A stretch of 64,000 bases of DNA, from NCBI GenBank assembly GCA_964016885.1, contig OZ024746.1, positions 60,016,001-60,080,000 of the forward strand, read 5' to 3'. Every line of letters starts with the position of its first letter. Within the stretch, counting starts at the first letter, position 1. Below are positions 52,160 to 64,000 of the stretch, piece by piece. The notes beneath the pieces were generated by a model that worked only from the letters and a program-made list of their open reading frames with translations, did not search any database and was not told the origin of the DNA. Position numbers and translations under genes: made by a program. Source of the DNA: Eledone cirrhosa. Taxonomy: Eukaryota.

Positions 52160-53021
52160 TCTATATATATAAAACTGTGGTTGTCTGTCTGTCTATCGAT
52201 TTTTGGCACACATCTCCTCTTAGAATCTCTCACGGAATTGCACCGAAATTGCTATACTTGTACATTGAGCCCTAGCGAAGACATCGGAAAAAAAAAAATT
52301 TCAAATTCACCCACCCTATGTGACGAAATCGAATATAATGTATCGATTTTTGAGCGTAAGTTATCAGTTATTTCCCTTTGTTCTGTTTACATTGAGCGTC
52401 TTACGTAAAAAATTACGCTGGCTTTAACAGTTGTCGAGCCAGCAAAATATTGACCTGCAAAATTCATCAGTTCGAACACTAAACTTCCGTTTTGCTTCAT
52501 TTCCATTTAAAAGCATTTTAAAACAATATTTTTACTTGAAAACAAGTCTATTTAAAGACTACGTAAAACAAGCAAATATTTCGTCGTTAGGCGTGCAGAC
52601 AGACAGTCGTGCAGAGAGGTGATATAGGCGTGCAGACAGACAGTCGTGCAGAGAGGTGATATAGGCGTGCAGACAGATAGTCGTGCAGAGAGGTGATATA
52701 GGCGTGCAGACAGACATAACTGATAATTTGGTTACGCTAATGTTTTTCTCTGCGTTGCAGTGTTTACATTTTCGATCTTTGTTAATAAATAACCAGTGCA
52801 GTTTCTATCCCCAGCATCCTCTTTTGTTATAACATTCGGGTTATCGTTATGTTTTCTTAACTTCATAAGGCATATTGTTGGTTGAGGGAATATTAATCAA
52901 AAACACCACATGCAAGTCTGCACAGTAGACACTACAGTTTTTAAGCCAAGAAAGAAACTTAACATTGTAACTTTAACACAGCTACTGAGGGACCCCGAGC
53001 AACGCCGGGCTTTACTGCTAG
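52160..53021 (+). mobile_element. Non-autonomous Helitron, complete
   Basis: A|TC 5' end (TCTATATATATAAAA), subterminal imperfect hairpin CCCGAGCAACGCCGGG, CTAG|T 3' end; internal 37-bp tandem repeat. Confidence 0.85.
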
Positions 53022-54235
53022 TTATATATAAATTAGAAACCTGTATAAGCAAGTCCTATTTTATTGTATTTATACATACACAGGTTTTGACCCATTGTAG
53101 TACCACCCAGATAGAAACCTGTGGGAGGGGGTTGATATCAACTACTTTGGGGATTCCTGACAAGATTTTTTCCTTGACACAACTTACATCTTATATTTTT
53201 ACTGTTTAACCCTTTTGATAACAAACTACCCATGGTTTTATGATACAAAACTGTTTATTGTCTAAATACCTCATAATATTATGTAAGAACCTTAGTTAAA
53301 ACTTAATGCGCTGTACCACAAGAAACTACATTAGCAAGACATTGTGGAAACATACAAAAATATACTACGACTGCATTACATTAAAAATTCAAATTTTCAC
53401 TCTAATACTGCAAATTTTCACAATGATTTGTCCACCAGTAAAGATATTATAAACATTTGAATTAATGAATTAGTTTTTAGATCTGGTTAATCAATCCAGG
53501 ATATTAGTTATATACCAAGCACCAGCTTACTCCCTTAATACCAAACCATCTGAAACAGTTTATTTTAAAGTGTTTATATTTATCTAAAAATCATTGTCAT
53601 AATTTTATGTAAGAACCTTTAAGATATGCTTCAGACACCATTTTAATAATGAGAAAGTGTCTTTCATAAGAAATATGGAAATGAAAGGGGTTAACAATGG
53701 TTTCTGATTTAGGCACAAAGCCAGCAATTTTGGGGGAGGGGGAAGTTCATTAAATCGTCCCTGCTGTATTACTGGTACTTTATTTTATTGACCCCATAAG
53801 GATGAAAGGCAAAGCTAACCTCAACGGGATTTGAACTCAGAATATAAAGGGCTGTAACTCTATGCTGCGGAGCATGGTGTCCAACACTCTACCGATACTA
53901 CCAATCCACCACCTTAATGAAAGGTTTAATAAGAATCGATACCAACCACTTTGAGGACCCCTTCTTTCGATCAATTTGTTTCATGCATCCCTGACACACA
54001 GACACTCCAAACACATCTTTGATCAACACCACTATCACCATAACCAACAATAAGCTATCAAAGAGTGAGAGATTAAGGACAACAGCTGCTAGACAAAAGC
54101 TAAGACCCTTGTGATATAACACCCCATCCTCTCTCCACCTACATAAAGGGACACACAAGTTGATAGGTGTATCATACAACCCACTCTGACCACCATCACT
54201 ACCCTGAGTTAGGATTAAGGTTCCACATGACAGAA

Positions 54236-54442
54236 GTGGTGATGGTGATGATGGTTGTGATGGTGGTGGTAGTGATGGTGGAGGTGGTGATGGTGGTGGT
54301 GGTGGTGGTGGTGGTGGTGGTGGTGGTGGTGGTAGTGGTGATGATGGTGGTAATGGTAATGGTGGTGGTAGTGGTGGTGGTGGTGATGGTGGTGGTGATG
54401 ATGGTGGTGATGGTGGTGGTAATGGTGATGGTGGTGGTGGTG
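54236..54442. repeat. (GGT/GAT)n trinucleotide microsatellite
   Basis: Direct inspection; it produces spurious poly-Val/Thr ORFs. Confidence 0.95.
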
Positions 54443-57362
54443 TTCAATGATTAATTATTTTCAGACAGAACAGGCAACAGGACTTGATTAGGTTTGTATC
54501 TGGGTGATGGTAGTAGTGGTATATGGTGATAGTGGTCTGTCAAAGTATAGATGTAGTGGTGGAGGTTAATTACCTGACATCAGTTATTACTTTCTCCTCC
54601 AGCTCACCTCCATACACTGAATGTTTTGGGACAGTTTAATTAGTAAGGGTGGTGATGGTGGTAGTTGTTATGGTTATTGTTGATGGTATTGTTATTAATG
54701 GTGGTGTTCTCTGTGTTGCTGGTGATGGTGGTTGGTTTATTAAAAGGATTAAGCTAGAGAATGGAGTGGATTAAGATGAAAGGAATAAGAGGGGGACCCC
54801 AGTGAGTGAGTGGGGGGGGGGGAGATTGATGGGAGGGCGTCACTAAAAGTGGAAAACCGGGAGAGAGGTGGTGAGGGGGGTCACTAGAGACGGAAGAGAA
54901 GAGAGGTGGTGGTGAGACATGCTAGAAGTGGAGAAGGGATTGATGAATAAACTAGATTAGGTTTAGTTTTAATAAAAAGAGTCCTGAAAGAGTAAATCCG
55001 ATTTAACAAATGAAAAGTGTGGCGCCAGCCTTAATAATGCTGTTGTTGGCACACTTTTGTCAAGTAGGAAGGCATTTTTTTATCCCTTTTCTGACCATAT
55101 TTCTAAGAAGAATACACTGCCTTTTTGTTTTAATTATGAAAATAATCAAGAATTATGAGGGCTTTAACAAAATAATTAACTTTCAACTTAACTCTTTAGC
55201 ATTTAAACTGGCTGTATCCGGCCAGAATTCTCTCACCTCTTTCTATTCAAACAGGCTGTAACTGGCTGTTCATACTTATGTTAAGGTATTGTTCTCAAAA
55301 TAAATAATATCAAAATCTCGTAGATTTAATATTATGTGAGATAATTATGTGAAATAAAGTGTTTACCATGAAAATACAATAGTAAATATAGAATAATGTA
55401 AATGCTAAAAGGTTAATGAAAATTCTCATAAAATTAACACAAAATCCATCACATCCAACCATAAATTAACAGTAATAATATACTCCTAAAACTCTAAAAT
55501 AAAAAATTATCACAAACAAGCTATAAGCATGTAAACCTGAGAAAAAGCTACAAATGACCAATATGATTTATAAATTTGATTGCAAAAATGAAAGTTGTAA
55601 ATTTCATGAAATCAAGTACAACACTCTCTCAAAGGCTCATCATGTATTTACAATAAAGAGCAATTGTAACACACTACACCATACACCATAAAAACAACAC
55701 TTGAGAAGAGAACATTAACAAATAATACATCTGCAGTATAAAGAATTCCTAAGAAAAATAGATGTTTAATTATGGTAGCAGTACTCATATCACAATATAT
55801 TGCTAAAATGTATGCGCAAACCACAATACAATGTTAACCACACAAATGGCATATATATATCATAAACAAGCGACTAGTGACATATATGTCTAACGATCAT
55901 CGTTAGACGAGTTGTCCCATTGTGAGGCAAACCAGATCAGGTGACTGTGTCTTGCTCATACAGAACTGATTTTGGCTTGGTTTCTATGGCTGGATGCCCT
56001 TCCTAACGCCAACCACATTTACAGTGTGAAGTGGGTGCTTTTTATTGACACATACACAACCACTTTACTGAGTGGGTTGGGCACTTTTTGCTGTGTCACC
56101 AACACAACCACTTTACAGTGTGGACAATATATATAATGTGTATGTGAAGGGAAGAGTGTTTGCTGCATGAGTGAGAAATGCTGTCAATTCTGGGAGTCAG
56201 ACATGGGTGGAAGGATAAAAATGACTAGCAGAGCAGAGTGATGGAAACGAATGTGGAGGGAGATATAGGAATGCAATATCCAAGAAAGACATGGCTAAAC
56301 ATGATGGAGGAGGAAATGAAAACCAGCATTTGTTGAGGGTGCATGCAGCCAATAGACAACATGGAGAAACTTGCCCCATAATAGTAACCCCTGCCTTAGC
56401 AGGAAAAATAGCCTTAAAATGCTTCTTGTTGTTTGATGTAGATATACCTGTCATGGATTTGTAAACAATAGCATGAAAGGTTCTCAGTTTACAACAGGTT
56501 AATCACAGGTTCACTGCACTGATTAGATTAGCAGGAGATATTTTTACATTAAGCCTTTGAACATGTATATATGCTTTCTCAGTAGCATTTCAGGATGTTT
56601 GTGATATGTATAATAACTAGTAATAAAGATGAAGTGAAAAAATGAAAATTATATGGTGCATGTGTTTCTTTTTATTGGCAATACTGGCAACATGACCATT
56701 CCCAAATATATACATATACACTCATGTATATATATATATATATACACTCATGTATATATATATATATATATATATACATATATCTGTTCCCATATGAGCA
56801 AGACAAGGTCAGCCGACCTAACATTGCCCACAAGAGGACAATCCATCTAACGTGGAAGAACGGACGTAAAACGATGATGATGATGATGATATATATCTAT
56901 GTATATATACATACATATATATACATATACATGGAGGCACATGGCTTAGTGGCCTTAGTGGTTAGAGCATTGGCCTTGCAATCGAAAGGTTGTGAGTTCA
57001 ATTCTCAGATCGGGTGATGTGTTGTTTCCTTGAGAAAGACACTTTATTTCACATTGCTCCAGTTTACTCAGCTGTAGAAATGAGATGATAGGGACTGGGG
57101 TCCATATCATTCCACTGCAAAGTGGTCGTGGAGGTGCCAAGGCAAAAAAAAACCAGCACTCACTGTAAATGAGGTTGGTGTTAGGAAGGGCATCCAGCTG
57201 TAGAAATCAATCCAGAATCAGTTCCCGTCCCACCCTTGCAAGCAGAGAAAAAGCGGACATAAATAGAAATGATGATGATGACATACATATATATATACAT
57301 ATATGTATGTTATCATCATCATGTATATACATATATAAATATATACATACATATATATATAC

Positions 57363-57396
<34 letters not shown>

Positions 57397-57437
57397 GTAC
57401 ATATATATCTATGCATATATACATATACATACATATA

Positions 57438-58384
57438 TACATGTGGCCGGTGCTCTGGTGCAATAAGTAGCAGCAAGTTCCCACAAAATACTAGCTCTTT
57501 CAATTGCGCAGAGGTTTCTATAGAAATAGTGGACAGCTTCCGTTACCTGGGTGACAAAATCAGCAGTGGGGGAGGGTGCAATAGCTAGAGTCAGAACTGG
57601 ATAGAAAAAGTTCAGAGAGCTTATACCACTATTAGCCGCTAAAGGGTTCTCCCTAAAAATGAAAGGCAGGTTGTATGATGCCTGCATACGAACAGCAATG
57701 TTGCATGGCAGTGAGACCTGGGCATTGTGTGCAGGGGATATACGCAGACTAGAGAGAAACGAAGCTTGCATGCTCCGCTGGATGTGCAATAGTAATATAC
57801 GTGAACGGCAAAGCATAAACGAACTAAGGAAAAAATTAGAAATAAGAGGAATCAGATGTTGTTTACTCGAGAGAAGGCTACGTTGGTATTGTCACGTGAT
57901 GCGCATGAAAGACGACGTCTGTATACTTACACCTCTCCAAGACAATGTCACTGGACCGAGACCTTTGGCGGTACTCAGTAATAGAGTAGACCCGCCTAAC
58001 CTAAATACAAAGTAAAACCTACTACAGCCAGTAGGCATCTCCAACAAAATACCCCCCCCCCCCATCCACACCGCCCCTTCAATGTAAAGTTATGTTGGTG
58101 CCACAACATCCAGGCCGAAACAAATGAGATCGTGTAGATGTCACGACAAAAAAAACACACAGTCCACGCTGTAATGTGGCCGTGTAGGCAACACGGTAAA
58201 AACCTCCCAGCCCCACACTGTAAATGTGGTTGGTGTTAGGAAGGGCATCCAGCTGTAGAAAACCCGCCAGACAGTCCTATGCGAGCAAGTCAACCACTCT
58301 TGCCTCAAGTGGGAAAACTCCCGTCCAAACCCATGCAAGCGTGGAACATGGACGTTAAACGATGATGATGATGATGATGATGAT
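57438..58384 (+). mobile_element. RTE family A 3' fragment with internal deletions
   Basis: [21 protein letters not shown]..; carries an 11-nt deletion and a larger deletion; GAT tail. Confidence 0.92.
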
Positions 58385-59047
58385 ACATAATATTTACATA
58401 TACATACATATTTATATATATATATATAGTAATAATAATAAATTTGAAGACTAAAATCCAGAGAGGGCTCGATAAGGATAAATATATATCAAATATATAA
58501 GAACCGTAGAGCAAACATTTATTAAAATAACAGATTAAAGTTTAAGCAAAGAATCGCTGCTTTCACCCTTAACGGGATCTTCTGAAACTAGTTAAGATCC
58601 CGTTAAGGGTGAAAGCAGCGATTCTTTGCTTAAACTTTAATCTGATATTTTAATAAATATATATATATATATATATATGTATACATATATGTATATATAT
58701 GTAAATATGTATGTACATGTAAATATATATGTATGTATATATACATAGATATATCATCTTGATCACCTTGACCGACCAGTCTGTCGAGCGCCAATCGGTG
58801 CCGCTGGTCACAGCACGTCGTGCTGTTTTAGACATAAGATAACGCCATCCCACTGGCTGGGCGGGCAGGTCGGTACTCATTTCTACAGCTGAGTAAACTG
58901 GAGCAACGTGAAATAAAGTGTCTTGCTCAAGGAAACAACACATCACCCAGTCCGAGAATTGAACTCACAACCTTTCGATTGCAAGCCTAATGCTCTAACC
59001 ACTAAGCCATGCGCCTTCACATAGATATATATGTATATATATATATG

Positions 59048-59082
<35 letters not shown>

Positions 59083-59099
59083 CTATATATATATATAAT

Positions 59100-59133
<34 letters not shown>

Positions 59134-59165
59134 ATTATATATATATATATATGTATGTATATATA

Positions 59166-59768
59166 TCATCATCATCATCATCATCATCATTTTACGTCCG
59201 CTTTTCCCTGCTTGCAAGGGTGGGACGGGTCTTATTCAGCACAGCATCTCTCCACTCGTCACGGTCCCTCGTCATCTCCACCGTGAGCTTCAATGATCTG
59301 AGGTCTGTTCTCACCACCTCCACCCATGTTTTTCGTGGTCTACCTCTACCACGTCTTCCTTCAACTGGCATTTCCTGGCACTTCTTCACCCATCGGTCAT
59401 CCTCCATGCGCATCACATGTCCATACCACCTCAGTCTCCTCTCCCGTACACTACATTCTATCCCTCTCAGACAGTTTCTCTCTCAACACATTTATGCTGG
59501 GTCGTTCACGCACATTTACACTGCACATCCAACGGAGCATGCTTGCCTCATTTCTCTCCAGCCGTCGCATATCCTCTGCGGTTGCTGCCCATGTCTCACT
59601 ATTATTGCAGCATCGCGCTCCTCACACAGGCATCATACAACCGGCCTTTCGTACGCAGGGAGAAACCCTTCTTCGTCAACAGAGGAAGCAGCTCCCTAAA
59701 CTTCTTCCAACCCGTCCTTATTCTAGATACTATGGCCTCGGAACACCCTCCTCCCATGCTAATCTGAT
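59166..59768 (-). mobile_element. RTE family B 3' fragment
   Basis: ORFs 59602..59820 and 59192..59416; ATC tail; TA flanks. Confidence 0.9.
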
Positions 59769-59829
59769 CTATATGTATATATATATATGTATATGTATAT
59801 ATATGTATGTATATATACATACATCTTTT

Positions 59830-60800
59830 CTTTTTCCAAACCTACATAATACAGTACACTTATTCTATTCTACTCCATACCTTAATAAATATTACCATCT
59901 CTATATTACATACCCCCATACCAATGTATCTTTCGCTAACTTCAGAATTTACAGTGATGTTGTGTGTAATCTCTGCCTCATACACAACGGATTTGATATT
60001 ACATTTCTGTTGGAAAGGGCAGTTCTCTTTAATCCTACAAGTGTTGATGTCTCTTAAAATCTTTTTATTAACTAGTTCTAACTCTGTCCTTGCAGGATTT
60101 ATTAATCTACAGCTAGTTTGTAAAATCCAGGTTTGTGATCGTTCAGGGTAATGAAGGCATCACATTCTGCTAAGTGTTCTACTTTGTCTATTTTATAATT
60201 TGTGACAATATTTTTGGCCTCATCATTAATTTTGTTACAGGTGTTAGCTTTGGCCTTCTGGTATTTATTTGTTATGCTATTAAGTATAAGATTGTTATAT
60301 TTTTCCTTATCCAGTACATACATTTTTTTGTTTTGTTCGAAAATACAAATTTAGTGGATTTGGATTATGGTACTTACGAAACTTGATGGTTGCCACAATA
60401 TCTAACAGGTCACCTTCAAACAGGGCAAAGTCCTTAACTTTTGGGGGGGTTCTTCATGGAATTATTGTTAAATTTCTCGGATAACAGGATTATAGCAAAG
60501 AGGAACAGTAGAAAATAGAGGACTGATTTGATTAAGGGATGGGCTATCGTTACAAAAACACTGAATTGACAGGAAATCCTTTAAGCAAATCTGTCCTCTA
60601 CTTTCTATTCTCTGTTCATGTTCGCTGTTATCTTATGGAACTAATTCGGCAATTAATACCTGATGAAATTGCCTAACCCATGAAATTGCCTAACTACATC
60701 ATGATCGGATAATAAAGCTGGACCATCAAAATATGTATAGCGTTTTCTTTGAATTAAAATTATAAAGAAAATTTCCAGTCTGGTTTTCTGTTGTTTTTAA
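59830..60800 (-). mobile_element. Internally deleted Penelope-like element (RT N-terminus joined to GIY-YIG endonuclease)
   Basis: Reads PPKVKDFALFEGDLLDIVATIKFRK..AFITLNDHKPGF / SCRLINPARTEL..ILRDIN, then TCRIKENCPFQQKCNIKSVVYEAEI..RYIGMG (Cys-rich linker plus VVY/YIG). Confidence 0.8.
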
Positions 60801-60904
60801 TGTATATATATATACTCCTGGCGTGGACGACCTGTCTAACCCATGCAAGCATGGTAAAATGGATGCTAAACGGTGATGATGATGATGATATATCTCTATC
60901 TCTC

Positions 60905-60951
<47 letters not shown>

Positions 60952-60994
60952 GTGTGTGTATATATATGTGTGTGTGTGTGTATATATATATATA

Positions 60995-61029
<35 letters not shown>

Positions 61030-61044
61030 GTGTATATATATATA

Positions 61045-61079
<35 letters not shown>

Positions 61080-61130
61080 GTGTATATATATATATATATA
61101 TATGTGTGTGTATATATATATATACATATA

Positions 61131-61243
<113 letters not shown>

Positions 61244-61658
61244 ATATACACTCACAGTAAGTTGATCACAGCTCAGCATTTTCTTCTGTCTAACCTAACA
61301 TACAACAGCTCTATCTCTCAGTTAATCTACCACCACTACCTCCTCACTCAACATCCACCCAGCCATCACTATCCTCACTGTTACCAGAATCATTAACACC
61401 ATTATTGTCATCACAACTATTACCATATCCAAGTCAACAGCTGGTAGTCTTCAGATACGTGTGTGTGTGTATGTTTCCGTGTATGTGTGACTGAGAGGAC
61501 ACCCATCCACACACCCACCATGCAACTACATCTCCACAATCATATACACACCTCACTCATACATATGCATTCCTATATGCTCATAATGTTCATGCACACA
61601 CATACCAACACACCACACATTCACATCTCTAATCATACATATGCATGCATATATGTGC

Positions 61659-61695
<37 letters not shown>

Positions 61696-62113
61696 CATAC
61701 ACACACACATCACACATCAACATCCCTTGTCATACACATACAGATATATGCACATTCTACACATTGTCATATATATATATGTATATATATATACATTCAA
61801 ACTTACATACACAACCATACATACATATAAAGACATAGACATACACACACAGATACACTTCTAGTGTCTAATATTTACATAACACACTTCTGGAAACATG
61901 TGACTGCTCTCCCCCTATTCCTTTTCCTGTGGGTAGTTGGATGGATATGTGGGTGTGTTGGTTGATATGGTGCCAGATTGGTGATGATAGCAACGTTTGG
62001 CGATAGATACAGTGAGAAAAGGGGATCAAATCTGTCTTTTGGATGCTACAAATTTACTTTATGTATGTTATATATATAATGTTCAACAATGGAAAAAATG
62101 TCTCTATGTTTGG

Positions 62114-62177
<64 letters not shown>

Positions 62178-62459
62178 ATACACTTCATATTATTGTATCC
62201 TCTTGTTTGTTCATTCCGTGTTTCCTTGACTTATATATATATATATATATATATACATTCATATATATATATATATATATATGTCTGAGGGCTGTCTCAA
62301 GCCTGGAGGCTCATCAAGCCAGTGCTTATCCTGGTTTCCATGGCGTTAAGTGACTGAGAGTACAATACTCCCCCCTGTACAGGACGCCAGTCCATTGCAG
62401 GGTTAAACTCCTATCTATTGCTGGTACTCATTTTCAGGTCAGTATACTGGAGCAACATG

Positions 62460-62490
<31 letters not shown>

Positions 62491-63410
62491 AAAGTACAGT
62501 AGCTAGAGTCAGAACTGGATGGAAAAAGTTCAGAGAGCTTATACCACTATTAGCCACTAAAGGGTTCTCCCTAAAAATGAAAGGCAGGTTGTATGATGCC
62601 TGCATACGAACAGCAATGCTGCATGGCAGTGAGACCTGGGCATTGTGTGCAGAGGATATACGTAGACTAGAGAGGAACGAAGCTTGCATGCTCCGCTGGA
62701 TGTGTAATAGTAACATACGTGAACGGCAAAGCATAAGCGAACTAAGGAAAAAATTAGAAATAAGAGGGATCAGATGTTGTTTACTCGAGAGAAGGCTACG
62801 CTGGTATGGTCACGTGATGCGCATGAAAGACGACAGCTGTATAACAAAGTGCAGGGCAATAAAGATAGACGGTAGCTACGGAGTAGGCAGATCCAGAAAA
62901 ACCTGGGACAAGCTGATAAATTCCGACCTCACACACTTACACCTCTCCAAGACAATGTCACTGGACCGAGACCTTTGGCGGTACTCAGTAATAGAGAAAA
63001 CCCGCCTTACCTAAATACAAAGTAAAACCTACTACAGTCAGTAGGCATCTCTAACAAAATACACCCCCGTCCCACCTCCCCCATCCCATCCACACCGCCC
63101 CTTTCAATGTAAAGTTATGTTGGTGCCACAACATCCAGGCCGAAACAAATGAGATCGTGTAGGTGTCACGACAAAAAAAAACACACAGTCCACGCTGTAA
63201 TGTGGCCGTGTAGGCAACATGGTAAAAACCTCCCAGCCCCACACTGTAAATGTGGTTGGTGTTAGGAAGGGCATCCAGCTGTAGAAAACCCGTCAGACTG
63301 TCCTATGCGAGCAAGACAATCACTCTTGCCTCAAGTGGGAAAACCCCCGTCCAAACCCATGCAAGCGTGGAACACGGACGTTAAACGATGATGATGATGA
63401 TGATGATGAT
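62491..63410 (+). mobile_element. RTE family A 3' fragment
   Basis: ORF 62418..63014 C-terminus, followed by 3' UTR and (GAT)n tail; (TA)n flanks. Confidence 0.93.
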
Positions 63411-63431
63411 ATATATATATATATACATACA

Positions 63432-64000
63432 GTGTGTAGGAAAGGAGTAGGTAGAAACTCCATTTTATGTCCCAAATGCAAAGTATGGGTACATAAAAGA
63501 TGTAGTGGGATCACAGGTAAGCTAACTAAGAATATAGATTTTATATGTGGCCGGTGCTCTGGTGCAATAAGTAGCAGCAAGTGCCCACAGAATACTAACT
63601 CATTCCATTGCACAGATGGTTCTATAGAAATAGTGGACAGCTTCCGTTACCTGGGTGATAAAATCAGCAGTGGGGGAGGGTGCTCTGAAAGTACAGTAGC
63701 TAGAGTCAGAACGAGATGGAAAAAGTTCAGAGAGCTTATACCACTATTGGCCGCTAAAGGGTTCTCTCTAAAAATGAAAGGCAGGCTGTATGATGCCTGC
63801 ATACGAACAGCAATGTTACATGGCAGTGAGACCTGGGCATTGTGTGCAGAGGATATATGCAATAAGTAGCAGCAAGTGCCCACAAAATACTAGCTCTTTC
63901 AATTGCGCAGAGGTTTCTATAGAAATAGTGGACAGCTTCCGTTACCTGGGTGACAAAATCAGCAGTGGGGGAGGGTGCAGTAGCTAGAGTCAGCACTGGA
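63432..64000 (+). mobile_element. RTE family A internal fragments with a direct re-start at about 63859
   Basis: CRKGVGRNSILCPKC..CAEDI, after which the sequence jumps back to 'gcaataagtagcagcaagtgccc'. Confidence 0.9.

Noticed and set aside
53898-54179. Second hydrophobic minus-strand ORF as candidate first exon
   Set aside because: No convincing phase-1 donor, and the ORF runs into a SINE.

Overview
This is eukaryotic, AT- and microsatellite-rich genomic DNA. The SINE/RTE repertoire and very long (TA)n tracts suggest an octopod cephalopod (inference). The only host gene I can support is a minus-strand TMEM132-family single-pass membrane protein. Eight coding exons (46310-45434, 39282-39130, 12830-12635, 11843-11700, 9201-8996, 7238-6980, 6444-6253, 3282-2035) splice in frame through canonical GT-AG sites to about 1090 aa; the signal-peptide exon was not found. 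The introns hold RTE LINE copies, Nin/Deu-domain and RTE-tail SINEs, Helitrons, a mariner, MITEs, CRE, R4/Dong, CR1 and Tx1 remnants, and Penelope-like (PLE) remnants. The most notable unannotated signal is a set of small type I hammerhead ribozyme motifs. Three fold completely (16831-16873, 26457-26516, 44682-44740), one of them with a U3-A8 core covariant, and several more are degenerate. They are linked to (TA)n-associated fold-back palindromes whose axes fall at or next to the hammerhead core, and two intact ones are sense to the TMEM132 pre-mRNA. A Tx1-like element also appears twice within (CTAT)n tracts.
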